Source: Amoeboaphelidium protococcarum X5
Taxonomy: Eukaryota; Fungi; Aphelidiomycota
Direction of reading: 5' to 3'
Length of the DNA stretch: 64,000 nucleotides
Assembly: GCA_023515725.1 (NCBI GenBank)
Contig: JALDTO010000200.1
Coordinates: forward strand, 300,275 to 364,274
Part shown: positions 37,413-52,007 of the stretch, in pieces
Layout of the letters: every line of letters begins with the position of its first letter
How positions within the stretch are numbered: position 1 is the first letter of the stretch
Program-made: the position numbers and the translations under genes
Notes under the pieces: generated by a model
Databases searched by the model: none
Told to the model about the DNA's origin: nothing
What the model saw: only the letters and a program-made list of their open reading frames with translations

Positions 37413-39821
37413 TCATTGAGGCGACGGGTTAATACTTTAACGTTTTGAGCTTGTGGATACTGGCAGTATATAAGGATCATCATCATCAATGTCCGTATCG
37501 TATAAATTTTAGGCTCTTGCTGTCGCTGTAGCGCCACTAACACCATTGTTATAACTTCGTTCGTGCTACTACTACTTTGTGTACCTGAGCAAATCCTTCT
37601 TGGTTATGATACCGGCAAGTTATCCCTCATTCTCTATCAAACAATAGCGGAGTCCAAAGCGAATGAACATTTCGAGTACTATACCTAAATCCATGCGCAC
37701 CTGCACAGTGATCGGATTAAAATCCACATACTGCTAAACATACAGAGTACGTTCGTTCTATACAGCATTAGCGGGGCGATGTATAGACATTTTACCATCA
37801 TTTTATCCCTGAGGTGAAGACAACTAAGAGGGCATTGATCGTTGATCCGCCGCATGTTATTATTATTACTGAGGCTATGAATATACTGATCTCTAATCCA
37901 CTGCCGTCATATTGGCCATAACATTTGACTGCATGTTCGACTCAAAATTATTCTAATTCATAGATACTTCAGGAGACACGAAGCATATTCGAGTAGATGA
38001 TGGGAATTGAGGTGTGTAAGTACGGAGAATATACTTGAGATCTGATCGAGTGATGAATCCAAATATTAGGGAATCTTATCCAGTAACTGGATATCCTTAT
38101 ACATTAGTACTATCCAATAGCCTCTCAATAGACTCTAGAGTTTCGGAGGATCCAGAAAGAGTATATAGTCGGTCCATAGGTGTCATCACATCATCAACCA
38201 GAGCATCATCAATAAACTCTTCGTTTTCATCAAGATATGGGTATCCTTTCAGTTCCACTATGCATTCATAAATACTATTCTTACCATTAAGAGCATCACC
38301 GACCCATTTAGAAGTCATAACAGCAATCATAATGGGCAGAACATAGGTGGATGCTCCCGTCAACTCAAACATGATAACAACCAACGATATGGTCATTCTA
38401 GTCACACCGCCAAGCGTTGCAGCAGCACCAACCAGCGCATATATACCCGGAGTTACGCAATGTCCACCAGTTGATTCAGCTCCACTAGCCAAGAGACAAC
38501 TCGAGAACAGAGACCATTCAGGGTGAGCCTCTTGTAGACTCTGAACAGCAATGCCAACCACACGACCAAAGCAGGCACCCACCACCATTGACGGTACGAA
38601 TATACCAGCAGGGACTTTAATACCAAATGTTATGGTCATAAGAACCAATTTCAAGAGACATACATAGAGTAGAGATAATGAATTGGATAGATAATTGTTC
38701 TAATCACAAAGACCGTTGAACTCATCCTTTTCACATTCTCTGAACAGAGATAACACCAATTCTGAATTACTGACACGGCTAAAAAAGTTGAAATACCCAA
38801 TACCGGCAGTCAGAAATGCAACAATCGCCACTTCTATCACCGGATACTGCTTGGCCCATGATGATACTTACCGCCACTGTTATATACGCACGTTAAATCT
38901 AATGAATATAGCACCAAATAGCCCACCAAATACACCAATAAGAATGAACCAGATGAGTTCAAACGAGTGCCACGCTCGATCGTAAATCACCTAGAAAAGT
39001 ACCAGCTAATTAGTTCTGAACGGATTCAACATGTGTAAAGTGACTGTGGACACCATGGCACAGACAAAGCATCGCCACATGGTTTTGTATGTAAAATATG
39101 AACTCACCTCCTCGAGAGCGAACAATACTCCACCGATAGGACTTCCGAATGCAACAGAGACACCAGCGGCGGAGGCTACAGTTAAAACTTCTCTCTTCTT
39201 GGCCTCATTATCTGCATACTTGTCAAATAGACGTATCACAATGTTGCCGATGGCATTAGTAACATGGACTAGAGGTCCTTCTTTGCCTAGCGATAGACCA
39301 CTACCTACAGATAGACAGAGGCCAACTGATTTAACTAGAAGTGTCCACGCTCCCAGAAACTTTCTAATCACAAATCCACCCAGAATCGTCTTCACCTCTG
39401 GTATTCCACTTCCGGCAGCGTATGGAGCAAGTGTAATCACAAAGTATCCAGATATGATGGCCATTAGAGTCGCTGTGAGAGGATACATCAGAAAGCCAGC
39501 TTTCCATTCCACCCAGGCAGTGCACTCCGCGTCCGCTCTGTCAACTTCATAGCAGCAGAAGTCTTGATTCAAATACCAAAGATCTGAGCAGTATCCGTCC
39601 TTAATATCCGACAAGTACTCGCTAACAACATCTATCCACGCTGAAGCAATACCACTCAATACACCTATAATTATAATCAAGATCCATCCAATAGACTTGT
39701 CATACAGCATAAAGAACCATCCCATCAATCCAGATCTATTAATCAAACTCTAATGCCTCTGCCTACTGACCGTCATATCCTTGATCCAATCAATCGTAGT
39801 GAAATCTTCATACTTTTACAT
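37413..39821 (-). CDS. CLC chloride/proton exchanger (Gef1/CLCN3-5 clade) with CBS domains
   Basis: YEDFTTIDW, GSGIPE, GKEGP, GGVLFALEE, GIFVP; start codon tentative. Confidence 0.93.
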
Positions 39822-40101
39822 TTCGCTCTACTGTTGATCTTCTTAATTGATAACTAATAAATTTAAAGTAATAGCGATATAATTGGCGAATTTAATTTTG
39901 AATCTACAGAAGATGAAGAGAGTTCAAGTGTAGTAACTGCGACAAGACGCGTCTCTTTTGATCGTGAAGAAGAAAATTCATCGCTCTCTCCAACGTACCA
40001 GAGTGGAAGAGGATCTCTTCGGCTGACTCTATGTACTGGTATAAAGAGATGGAAATTGAAACATGTAAGAGATAAAAAGATAATTAACATATAATTGGAA
40101 A

Positions 40102-43100
40102 TCACCAATCGAGAGAATTTTTGAATTACGGAGCAACAGCGTCGCGTACTCCCATGGCTTCTGACCAATTGCTGAAGCCATCACCGAATCGAGCGAGAAC
40201 ATTGTACGACTCGCTGGCATCCTTTTACACACGTTTGCGCATATAAAAGATCGGACAGTCCTTAGAGGTGCACAGAACGTCCTGGTGTAAAGATCCCTGA
40301 CATCTCTAGCACTGAGTCCATAATCTCGAGAATCTGTTCTCCAATTCATTCACATTGTCCAATTGCTTCATGTACAGTTAATTAATTTTGGGCAGGCAGT
40401 GCTGACACACGGCGGCGTTTTAATTTTTTAGCACCGCTTTACATCCAAGGCAAGTCATCTTCTTCACGGTAAATTTCATTAAACCGCCCGCTGATGATGA
40501 AGTCACCTGAATAGATCTGGTATGCTCTCCGGAAAACAACTGACTCTCAGCATTAGGTAGAATAGGTTCAAAGATACGCATCAGCGGATTCTTCAACTGA
40601 TTATCCAGATAGTACTTGGTATCGATCGGAATATTATTCTCAAGTACGTAGATTGGATCTTCAGCACGCTCGTACGCAGCACTTCCTTTGGCAGCCTTAA
40701 TGATCACATATGCCACACGATCACCCAATGCTGGGGCACTACCCGCATCTCTCTTTCTCATACGTTCTGCCAATTCAACATGCGCCTACTTTCCAGCATA
40801 ATCTTCACCAGATTTACTGAGCTGTTTTGTGATAACCAACTGAGAAAGATCAACTTTATTCTGCAATAGTTCAGATATGGTATTCTTGACATAGTTTACC
40901 GCCTTCTCAACATCCTTCTCCATCAGAATCATCTTCAAACAGGTATCAACCACTGTTGACACGAGCTTACAATTGTCTCTGCGCACAGTTTCCAATCCTT
41001 TAGTGTCCATCTTGTCAGGCTTATCCACACTGGTCCAATACAAGCCAGCATACCTCTTCTTGTTGATCAGTAGATACGGCCAATAAACTTTTTCAAATTC
41101 CAATTTAATGGGTTTAACAAAGCGCTAAGTGATAAACTCTGCAGCTTCGCGGCCCAAATCCATTGCTTCTTTAAGATCTTCAGTGCCAAATTTGACCATC
41201 ACCGAATCGGTATCACCATAAACAACATCAGCGTCATGTTTATAACCATTAGCTTTACAAAACTGCTTCTCCACCAGGTCTTTGGTGAAATCAATCATTT
41301 CTCTTCCGTAAGCTGTGACACTCTACGATACCTGAAGACACGGCAGCTTACCGACAGTCGCACCCGTAAAGCCGTAAACTGAGTTGGCACTAATCTTAAG
41401 AGCCAATTGTCGACCATCAAGCACAGCTCTCTTGAATGGATCCGTCTCCTTCTTCAGATCGGCCTTGGCTCTCTTACGCGCACCGATCAGATCCTCAAGA
41501 ATGGTAGGTAATATACCTTTGCGCACAGTGGATTTCACAAACTTATCACCAGACGGAGTGACTATATAATCCTTGTCTTTAACTAATTTCAAAGTATCGA
41601 TCACTTGATTGTTCATCACTAATGTGGAATAGCACAAGTTATGGGCCATCATAATGGATGGATACAGAGAGCTGAAATCCAGCGTTGCAATAGGATCTTT
41701 GTAGAATGCTCTCTTTGGTTCAATAACGGTGGCACCTTCATACTATTCATCGGATCCTTCAGATTTCATTGCTGGTATGACAAGATTTTCCTCTTTGGCT
41801 TTGCGGTACAGCTACGAGACAACTTTAATCTACTGCCCACGACTTAAGAGATAATTCAAAGGGACACCAGTTACACGAGCCATTTCCATGTAGTTAATTA
41901 CAACCATAAGTTTATCGAGAAGACGTTACGGCAAATACGCATCTTTCAAACAATATACGGCTAATCTACGTCTTGTTTAAGCATCACCGTTCTGTAAATC
42001 AGTAATAATCGAGTGGGGTACATCTTCCTTCTACTCACCTAGAAAGTGTGCAGATACAGAGTTCAAACTATAACTTCGCAACTTGTGATCACGCTGGATA
42101 ATCTAAATCATATCTAGTATGACTCTACCTTCCAATGCCACTTCTCTACCTTCACGGTTACCATAAGCCTTTGAGCTGAATCTTGTGTCTTTGATCTAAC
42201 TCATCTTGCCTCGAATTCTACCCAGATTGAAAAAGCTGTCCTTACACTTCAAGGCTTTAGCACGATCCACCAGGTATGGCATATCGAAATTGTTAATATT
42301 GTACCCAGTCACAATATCCGGATCAACCTCTTTAATGAAATCTGACCATTTCTACAACAACAGAGCTTCATCTTCATAAGACAAGATGTGGCTTCCTACA
42401 ATGTGGCCACACTCTTTCAAAGTGAAGATGTTACGAATGAGTGGCTTATTCTAGCCCTGTATGGTGACCATATTTGCAATCTGAATAACCGAATCATGCT
42501 AAGGATCTGGAAATACACCTTTCCTACCAGCACATTCGATATCAAAACTCAAGATCCTTAGCGGTGCCACCTTGGACCATTCACCTTCTGGAGCGTGACT
42601 GATCAAATCCTCATAGAAGACATCGACTTCAATCTATGCATGGGATGTGTGATCTTTACCCGTACGTACGCACCACTTTCCCGCAGGTAATTCAATCCAA
42701 TTAGCACCGACAATCTTGCAATCGATCATAAAACGAAGTTCATACGCAATATTACTCTCGAATCCGGGAAGAGTCACGGCATGTGGAAACCCAGGAAAAT
42801 GAAACGCTCCAGATTCCAGAATGCCTCTAGCTTTAGATATGAATTTAGGACTAGATACTGTAATCTTGAGAAAAGTTGAATCATCCTATCCATAATAGCC
42901 ATATATGGTCTTCTTCTTCATCAACTCAACGAGAAGCACAGCTTTGCCACCAGCGCTTTCAACATTCTAATTCAAAGAACACGTAAACTCCATTAGATGA
43001 GACGAATTAAAGTTGGGAGGAGCAGGCACGTAGAAATATGGAAAGAATCCATGGACATGACACAGAACACTATTACCATCCTACACACGGAAGTATTATG

Positions 43101-43427
43101 CAAATTATGTAGGTCAAACAATGATATACTTACCATAGTACAACCAAACATTTTCATAGTTGGAGCAGCGTCCAAGATACCAGAATTAGTTCCATGACCG
43201 GGGATCTTCATATTCTTCAGAGGCACTTAAGAGTCTTCATCCACCTCAGTCTATTGGAAGACCAAACCGTCTTTAGAAGGGTCAAGCTGGGGCATGAGAG
43301 GACGTGCCCATGATTGTTGAGGATCATACTCCATGAGTTCACTTTCAAAGCTAGTGGGAGAGTGTGTCAAAATCTAAGTGGCAGTTGAAACCTCATGCTC
43401 TTCCTAATTCGGCGTCTCAGATGTCAT
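40102..43427 (-). CDS. POL3: DNA polymerase delta catalytic subunit; intron 43081-43133
   Basis: [39 protein letters not shown] and C-terminal CysA/CysB motifs; GTAAG...TAG intron. Confidence 0.97.
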
Positions 43428-43556
43428 TTCACAATATTAAATGCCAGATCTAACTAATACTTGTCAAATTGTAAAGATGAAGATGTGAATATTATCTAAA
43501 GTACGTACAGAAGGTAAAGAGCAACTAATGGCAACCGGTGATCAAAACTGTTTCAA

Positions 43557-43572
43557 ACGCGAAACGACGCGA
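43557..43572. promoter_or_regulatory. Clustered ACGCG (MCB/SCB/E2F-like) motifs in the POL3-IFT172 divergent promoter
   Basis: ACGCGAAACGACGCGA about 130 nt upstream of the POL3 ATG. Confidence 0.4.
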
Positions 43573-43717
43573 CTTTGAATTGAAGAAAACTCTGCTGAAG
43601 TGAAGTTCTTTCGTTTCATCGCCCCGTTTCGATCTCCAATTGCTCTCTCAGTTTCTCTCTACCCTTTCCCGCTCTTGTTTCAACTTCAACTACAGTACAA
43701 TTGTTTGATGTGTTTAT

Positions 43718-46700
43718 ATGATGGATGGGATTCACCATTAGAATGTTAAAAATAATGAGATTTAGGCTTCTAAGATAACATCTAGTGATTTAGAGTAGTT
43801 AGTGGTGTATAATGGATTGATCTATCTTGTGGATTCTCATTGGAATTTGACGGTTTTGAATGCTGATAATTGTTCGATACTTCTGCAGACTCAATTGATT
43901 GAATATTTATCGTCTCTAAAAGTATAGTCGGAGGATTTGAACTCTGATAATGTTAAATTGATATTCTAAGAGGATTTGCTACTGCTTCTACTGGGAGGGG
44001 AGATTTTATAAGTTTAGATTAGTGTAAAACAGCGTGTGAAACTGATTCATCGGTGGAAGTTGTAGTAGCGCGTGGTAGATCCGAAATTTATTAGATGGTC
44101 TTTAGATAAGAAATTTGTTGCTGTTGTTGTTGATGTCAATACATTGGGAGTATACGAATTTGATTAAAAGAACCAAGCATGCAAGCAGATATTCACAACT
44201 TAAGGATAAATGGTTGACGCCTAATTTGATAACAATTCTGATCTCGTTTACTTGACTGATGGACTCGACTTATATAAGTTGACTATCAAGAGCAAATCAT
44301 CGTAGTTTATTTGCAACTTGTCACTTTATGAACCGTCGCCTTTATTGAGTCTGGCGGTGCTTTAATAGGATTAGGTAGTAGTATTTGGTTCACGTTATGT
44401 TCTGGCTATAGATTGTAAAACATGTAAAGTTATAGCGTAGAGAAAGTTTGACGAAGATCTGTATTGTATTAGAATGACTGACGATATTGGGTCTTTCATT
44501 ACTTTAGATCGCTCTGGCTAGTTTATTAGATTGAACTTATTGGAAAATTCTTGGTCGCTTTAAAAATGCTACTTTGAGCTCAAGTCTCCTTTTGTTAATA
44601 ATATTGCTATTGATTAGATCTAGAATAAGATTTCAGTAATATATGTAGATGGTGCAGTATAGACTTTTGATCTTAGTGTAATTGTTATCTATAAAAGAGA
44701 TGATTTAGCTATACTTCAAGTCGGATTAATAAATAAGTATTAAATTTTAATTAATGGCAAATGCATGATGGAGCTATCTAGTAAGTATAGCCGTTATATG
44801 CTTAGTGCATAATAAAAGCGTGGTCGGTTCATCTGCTGCTACTTTGATTCCTCAATACTCCTGTTTGATATAAATCTGTAGAAGTATTTTGAATATCCAG
44901 TAAGTCAGAGCCATGATTCTGATATTCTGCTCAGTGAAGACTTCGTAGTTTTGATTTAAAGTTTGGAAATGAAGGTGTATTTTTTTGGTCAGGATGTTCC
45001 CATATTCAGTGACAAGTTTGCTGATAAGCCATGCAGATAGCTCATCAAGTTGTAATAAAACTTGCTAGTGTTTCAAGATGGCAATACAACTTCTAATTTT
45101 AATGTTGTCACTCTTGGAGCTTCATCTACTATACGCAAAATTTAGTATCAAGAGCATATTATGTAGCTGTATTTGTTAGAGAACGGTGTAATTCTGTACT
45201 TGGATTCTAAGAGGTCTTTGTATGTAAATGATCTGAAATCTAAAGAGGTTCTTTTGCGCTCTATGGTTGATTATTGTTATGGTTTAGATAATGGGAGAAG
45301 CTGCGTGATACTTTCATGTGGTCAAATTTTGTATTTTGAAGATTTATTGAGGAGTAAATCTTACCAAGTTGTCCATGCTGGCGTGAGGTGCGTAAGTTAC
45401 GTGTCCTGGACTCAAAGTGGAGTTATTGTTAATGCTTTGAATTAAAAAGGAGAATCTGTGAAGTATGAGCTCTTCAGCGTTGATTAGTAGATTGAAGTGG
45501 CATTAAAAGGCGGATAAGTCTGGCACGCTATCAAAGTTGCTAATAACGCGATAATCCGTTAAGGCTTTAACTTCAATTTAGTTCAGATTCTGATAAAAGG
45601 CAATAATTACCTGGCGTTAGCATAGTATCTGTATCACTGCAATAAGGTTGATGTGGCTTATCAAAGCTATTTAGTTTCATCATAATAAGCTAGTCCCGAA
45701 GTTTTGGTTGATTCTATAAACAAATAGTTGACGTCTCAATCTGTTTCACTTGAAGATAACTCACCATCTACTGAAGACTAGAAGCAACTTGGTCGTTTGA
45801 TGGGCCAAGATTTTCTCAAGATTATATCATTTAATGAGTTGAATCACAGTTTGGGTAAACTTATTATATTATTGCGTGGAGATTTATCCGAAGCATGTAT
45901 ATTTCTAGTTTAGATACGCTTGCTAACGGATGCATTGATCTTGCTGAGATATAGTTAAGAGTTGCAGCTCAACTCTTTGATAATATCATTGTTTGAGAAC
46001 AAAGCTATAGAGTTGAAGAGATTCGGATGCTTGGCGTAGATCCAAGAGTTGTAGTAGAAGTTTGACGAGGCGTTTTAAAGCTATTAGCTTTCTCAAGAGT
46101 ATGAAAAATGCCTCAGACTCTGCCACTAACATTTTCCGTCGCGTGTGAAAGATGTTGCCTTGTAGCGAGTTACTTAGCTTTAGAGCTAGTCCAGGCATCG
46201 TGAGGCGATCAACCTTTGTATAGAGTTTGAATAGTCCTATCAATGCTTAATGATTATGACAGATTGTTAGTATTTCGAGTTATTGGATCGAATCTTGCCG
46301 TTGTTGTCACCAGAAAAGTAGAATGTCAAGTAGGCTTTGCTGATAGCTTATGAATGCTGTGTACGCTGTAAAGATTTTGCTAATGCTGAGAGAATAGCTA
46401 TTGTTGTCAATTGTTCTCGATAATTGCTCTCTGAATATGTAAATCGGTAAATGTGGAGCAATTATTATTCTCTTAGTTGTAACCTCTTTGGAGAAGATGC
46501 CAGTAAGTAAGCCATGAGAGCCTTAGCTTAGAATTTTGTTGAAAGTAAACAATACGCCAATGCTGAGTAGATATACTTAGTAATGGAAGATGCAGATGCT
46601 GCCATATAAATGTACATGGACTCAAATTTATTTCACGATGGCCTTAGGCTGATCCGTGATCACTTTCCTGATTAATACAATTAAACTGCTCAGGCCTTGT

Positions 46701-48826
46701 TAGAATAGTTTAAGGAGTAGAAGGATTTTGTTCAACAAGGACAAATTCGGATGATTCTGTAATAGTACAAATAAGCGGTAGAGCTTTTCTGTAAATGTGG
46801 TTAGTTTGAATAGGCATATTCTGTGGTGTAATCCAAGTCGATGTCTAGCAAAGTGGCCGTCCAAGTTCTCTATCTCTGGGCTAAATCTCTGAAGCTTTAA
46901 GCAGCTGTGGATCTCCTTGATAAACACGAATAAAAAGATTTGGTACTTTAATATGCTTAATAACGCGCTGATTTTGGACTCTTGAAGTAGTATTATTGTG
47001 AAACTCTGTAATTGGAACGACTCAACGAAATTTCTTTACTGAATGCTCAGCATTTAGAAAGTCTGGATTTAGTCAATGAAGCCTTGGAAGAGTATTCCGT
47101 ATTATCTCGGTATGAAGATTGTTTTCGTGTTTGTCTTGAGCGGCATCTGTTGGAAATGGCTGAGTAATATGGCCAAAAGCTGGAATATCATCAAGTGGAC
47201 AATCTGGTTTCTTAATAGCTGTAGAAGCTAGTCAAGTAATAGTAGAAGTTACAATAAGCTGAAGAATTGGCCTGCTTTTTTAGTATTCACAAGCAGCTGA
47301 TTGATTTATATGTTGAGTTGGCCTTTTGGAAGAATGCATTTGTATTTTCATGTATGTTTTGTGTGGAGTAGTTAGATCTAGTGCTCAAAAGTTTCCTGAA
47401 GGCAATAAAGCTTAAACAGGTCCCGCTGAAAGTTTTCAGAGTCTGTGGCAAGTTGCTGAGCTCAATGTAATAGGCTTAAGTGGCTCTTTTGGTATTTTTG
47501 CAGTTTGGGCAGTATTCTAACTAGAACGGAGATAATAATGTTTTGATGGAAGATTGTTTGGATGATATTGTATTTTTATTCATCTAGCTCAGCAAAGAAG
47601 ACGCTTTGTTATTTGTCAAAGATGTTGGTAATCTTTTGGTTAATTCCAAGTATTATTAGCAAGCGGGACGTGTCTTCTAACAATGTGAAATGATTAAGGA
47701 TGCCGTGAGCTGTTATCTTAAAGCGTCCATGTGGACAGAGGCTAAAGAGCTGGCCAAGGATGATATGATTCTCACTTAAATGGTTACTGAATAGTATCAG
47801 TAGCATCTTTTAGATAAAGGTGACATTTAAAAATTGTCTAATGTAAATGCAGAATCTGCCCTTTAAATTTTGTTCGCCAGGGCAGATTGGAATCAATGCG
47901 TGCAGCTTGCCTTATAACAACCACCAGCTGTGATGGAGAAGTGGATCGTTAGAATCGTGTCCCATCTGACTAGTAGCACAGATCTGGACTCATTAATCTC
48001 TGTGCTTTAATAAACTCTGCCAAAGGTTTCTCTTTCAGTTTTTGAAGAGTTCCTAGAAGAGTATTGCAAGAAGCATATTTTTGCCGCTGATGATCTGACT
48101 GGATGCCAGAAGATTCTAAGCGTTTTAAGGTCGTCTGTATCTTTAAATGATAGTCGTTTGCTAGGCGCGTGCTACTACTATTGCTTGTTCAAAAACGTAT
48201 CTGGTGTCGTATAACTTTAAGATTTATGCTTCAAACTTTCAGTGTCTCTATTTAGATTTACTGACATCATTCCTTTATCTTATGTGCTGAATTTATGTGG
48301 AACTGCGAGTAAACTACTGCGAAGGTAGACTGTATCGTATGATTGTTACAGCGCTCTTTTGGACTTGATGGATGATCCTGCAACATTTAATACTGCAGAT
48401 TAGCAAGTATTCAAGTATACTTATGCTCTTCCACAGCCTGCTTTGAACTTAAATATATCTTCGATATCATAGAATGTGGTGAAGGATATTAGGAACTGGA
48501 CTTTGAAAACTGCCTCTTCTATCAGCAATAAGACCAATCTAGATCGCGAGCAACTAAGTAAATGCGTAAAGTGTTAGTCTCTCCTTCTCATTGGTGCAAT
48601 TCAGTGTGGTAAATGCAAGTTTAAATATGAGCAGTGCATTGTGACTGGTAGTCCAGTGTTAAGTGAGGCTGTCTCTGTGCGATGCTCTTCGTGTAATCAG
48701 CTGGCGAACAAAGACGATTGGAATCATTATTTGGCGATCAAGAAGGCATGTCCCTGGTGCCAATAGATTTAGAAGCCAGTGTATGGTAAAAGTAACATCA
48801 GTCTTAAAAATTCTGCAGTAAAATGA
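43718..48826 (+). CDS. IFT172: Divergent intraflagellar transport protein IFT172-like, ~1702 aa
   Basis: Length, beta-rich N-terminus, alpha-solenoid middle (AIQMY, AVSCYLKASMWTEAKELA) and C-terminal CIVTG.PV...CSSC...ANKDDWN...CPWC. Frame not checked at every codon. Confidence 0.75.
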
Positions 48827-48922
48827 TGTAAGATTCTAATAATACATTGCATTGCTTGTTATTACCAATACCATGCTATTGCAAAATAGCCGGAATTCTT
48901 ATGCAACTCTGGTTACTGTATT

Positions 48923-50482
48923 TCACATTTCGAATAGCCTGAGTATGTCTTCATCAGACATTGGTTTGATATGGCCAGTGGTGTGATCCTTCTTCACCGC
49001 CGAGGGGGATGGAGCAGTCTCACGTTAAAGCTACTACCATGAAGTTTAAGCCCTTCTATACACATTAGCCTAATTACCGCTTGTGGAGAGATCTGAGGTT
49101 GAACTATCAACAGACTTGACGGCAGCATCAGCAGTCTCACTTTTCATCTATGAAGGAGGAAGAGGAGGAGGAGCATTCCAAAGATCAGTGCGCGAATGAA
49201 CATGCTTTGTGTTGTCATTCAAACTATTGACTCCATTCCATCCAAGTGATGGCAGAGGAATAGACTTTTTCACTTCGAATTTCTGCTTCTTTACTCGACT
49301 ACCAATATGATTATAGCTAAAATTGGAATCAACTTACTAATCATCAGAGTCAGCACGACGTTTTCTATTGAGCAACTACTAACCTGGTCCATTATTGGTC
49401 AGACTTTACTAAGCTTTCAATTTCATAAACTGACACAGATTCCTAGCTGTATCATATGGTAGTATTTCAAAGTTGTTATGTGAATACAGAGGCTTAATCT
49501 GAGCGCCATTAGCAGAATATGGTCTTTTAGGCATCAATTATTATACCCTTTTGTACGTCACCTCCACCTTCCCAATCCACTCCACCTCAAATGATAAGAT
49601 CATGTAGTTGATGTCCGTATTGTTAGCATATTCATGACCATTGCTCAATGTAGAAGATGACGCGGGTGTAGCATTATCACGTAAAAGCTAAATCTACTAT
49701 GCACTACTATTGCGGGAACTAATAATCCACTGATCGTAACCAACTTCTCCAACATCAGATATCATCCTGGCATAGCCTTGGTAATGATCGCTACCTTCCA
49801 CAGTGAACAGAAGATACAGCTCACACCCCCGTCTCTTCTGCTACAAGTACAATCGACTCAACTTCTCGGCCACAGATAGGCCAATCTGATAAGAGTTTAT
49901 GAACCATATGCCATGCTACTATGAGATCATTATATTCTCAAAATTGTCAGTCTTTGCCAGTACATAACAATCTCCACTTCCAACACTATGACTGGCTCTA
50001 ACAGAATATTGATGGCTTCTCTATGGCACGTTAGCTAATTTATAAGGGTGATACTTGCTGGCTCTCTTACGCTTTCGTCTCGACTTTTACTATAACACAG
50101 GTGGAAGAGGTACAATAGAAGTTGCACCAGTGTCAAACTGTACCCGTTGAGTTTGAATGCCATTATCACTGGGATACTTATCATACTGAGATTGACCATC
50201 GCTGCGTAAACTCACCATCTCCGGCACATCTTTGACATCTCTACTTGCTGCAGTACTGTTATCAACTTCAGCGGGTGACTTTTTATGCGATAATAAATCT
50301 CTCACACCATCATCCTAATCTTAATCATCATCAGATCCATCATGACCAGCTGAAGCAAAAGGATCATCGCGAAACTTGGAAATCTCATCAAGCCCAATAG
50401 TTTTCACAGACTCATTCTCCCATGAATCATCATCATCGTCATCAACTATCAAATCTTCCAATATATCCTCCTCCAAAAGCAT
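48923..50482 (-). CDS. YTH-domain RNA-binding protein (YTHDC1/Mmi1-like)
   Basis: KTDNFENIMISQQHGIW, LYLLFTVEGSDHYQGYARM and FEVEWI; acidic N-terminus; TGA stop. Confidence 0.75.
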
Positions 50483-50678
50483 ACCTTATTTTACTCAAAA
50501 TAGGTTGATGTCTGATTAACACCCTTCACAAAGCTGAGCGTGTTTAGAGCAAAGAGAATTCGATCTGATTTTGACGCGCGCGAAACTTTCTTTTCATATT
50601 TGAAGTTCTTTTGTATCGCTGGACAGTTTTAAAATACTATACGCGTCGTTATTATTGACTTACTGATAAAGTAGGAGA

Positions 50679-52007
50679 ATGTTGAGGATAAGCAAGGCGT
50701 CAAATTTGTTACATATGAGACTCGCTAGTTCGTATATCAAGTATAGTAGTTAGGCGACTGTTATTTAGCGGGATGATATTAAGCCGGCGAAAGGTGGCAG
50801 TAGTAGTGAACGATATTATGGACGACGTCAGGTTCGAAAAGTTACCATAAAAGACTAAGTTAATGCGTACATCGCTTTAACAAAGCCACGGTTATCAACA
50901 CTCGTTCTACTTACATCTGTATATGGCACCGCTCTGTCACCTTACACTTGCGCTATTGATCCATATCTCATGCTGCATACCATGGTGGGAATGTCGCTGT
51001 GTATTGGATCAGCGAATGCTTTTAATCAGATCCTGGAAGTTCCGTATGATTAAATGATGCCGCGTACAAAGAAGAGACCTTTATGTACCAATTTGAATTC
51101 TGGCGGTGGAATCAAATCAGTTCTTGAGCCGGTCATTAGTAGAAAGTAGGCGCTGACGTTTGCTATCGGCACTGGCCTAGTGGGATCTTTTACTCTATTC
51201 TCGCTGCCAGTGTTGAATGCCGCTTGGACGTGTGGACTTTTAGGTACGTGTAATATCGCGTTGTATTCCATAATGTATACTTTAGCCAAGAGGCGGACAG
51301 CTCTGAATACTCATATCGGTGCTGTAGTTGGGGCTATCCCACCGCTTATAGGCTATGCTGCAACCATTCCGAGTGATGCCATGTCTACCACCTCCGTATT
51401 AGGTCTGTGTGGAATTGACTCGCTTGGTCTCAGTTTAGCTTTTATTCTCTATTGTTGGCAATTCCCACACTTTAATGCTCTATCATTCAGGATTAGGGAC
51501 TAGTATCATAAGGCTGGTTACGTGATGAATTCCATTTATAGAGAACGGTATTCAGCTTTTGAATCGCTACTTGGTTCCATAGGTATTGCTGTCGGATCGC
51601 TGTGGACATATCAGGCTGGACTTTCGTGCCTTGGAAGTATTGAATAACATCATTAGTTGCTGAGTTCATATTTCCCTGTGCTTAGTCTCGCCGTCAATGC
51701 TCCTATGATATATTACAGTTATCGATTCCTCCGTTCATTTGATGGAGAGCCATGGTTCAAAACTGATCCAAAGTCATGTACATCTGTAATCCGGACATAA
51801 TAAGGCACCGTCATATAACGCGTTTAATAATCCGCTGATCATGATACTCGAGAGCGTCAAAAGTAACATACACGTAAAGAATCTGCACGACTCTGCTTTA
51901 AGGCTTCACTCTATCATTTGCCCGCGCTGATTCTGCTTATGCTTTTGTGCAAATCTGAATGGCGGAATTAGTAAAAGTAAGACGATAGTATCACAGAGCA
52001 ATCTTGA
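50679..52007 (+). CDS. COX10: Protoheme IX farnesyltransferase
   Basis: LTKPRLS, ANAFNQILEVPYD.MMPRT..RPL, GAVVGAIPPLIG, WQFPHFNALS; basic presequence-like N-terminus. Confidence 0.95.

Noticed and set aside
39863-40168. ORF as N-terminal extension of the CLC gene
   Set aside because: It is in a different frame, overlaps the POL3 3' end, and I found no intron that joins it in frame.
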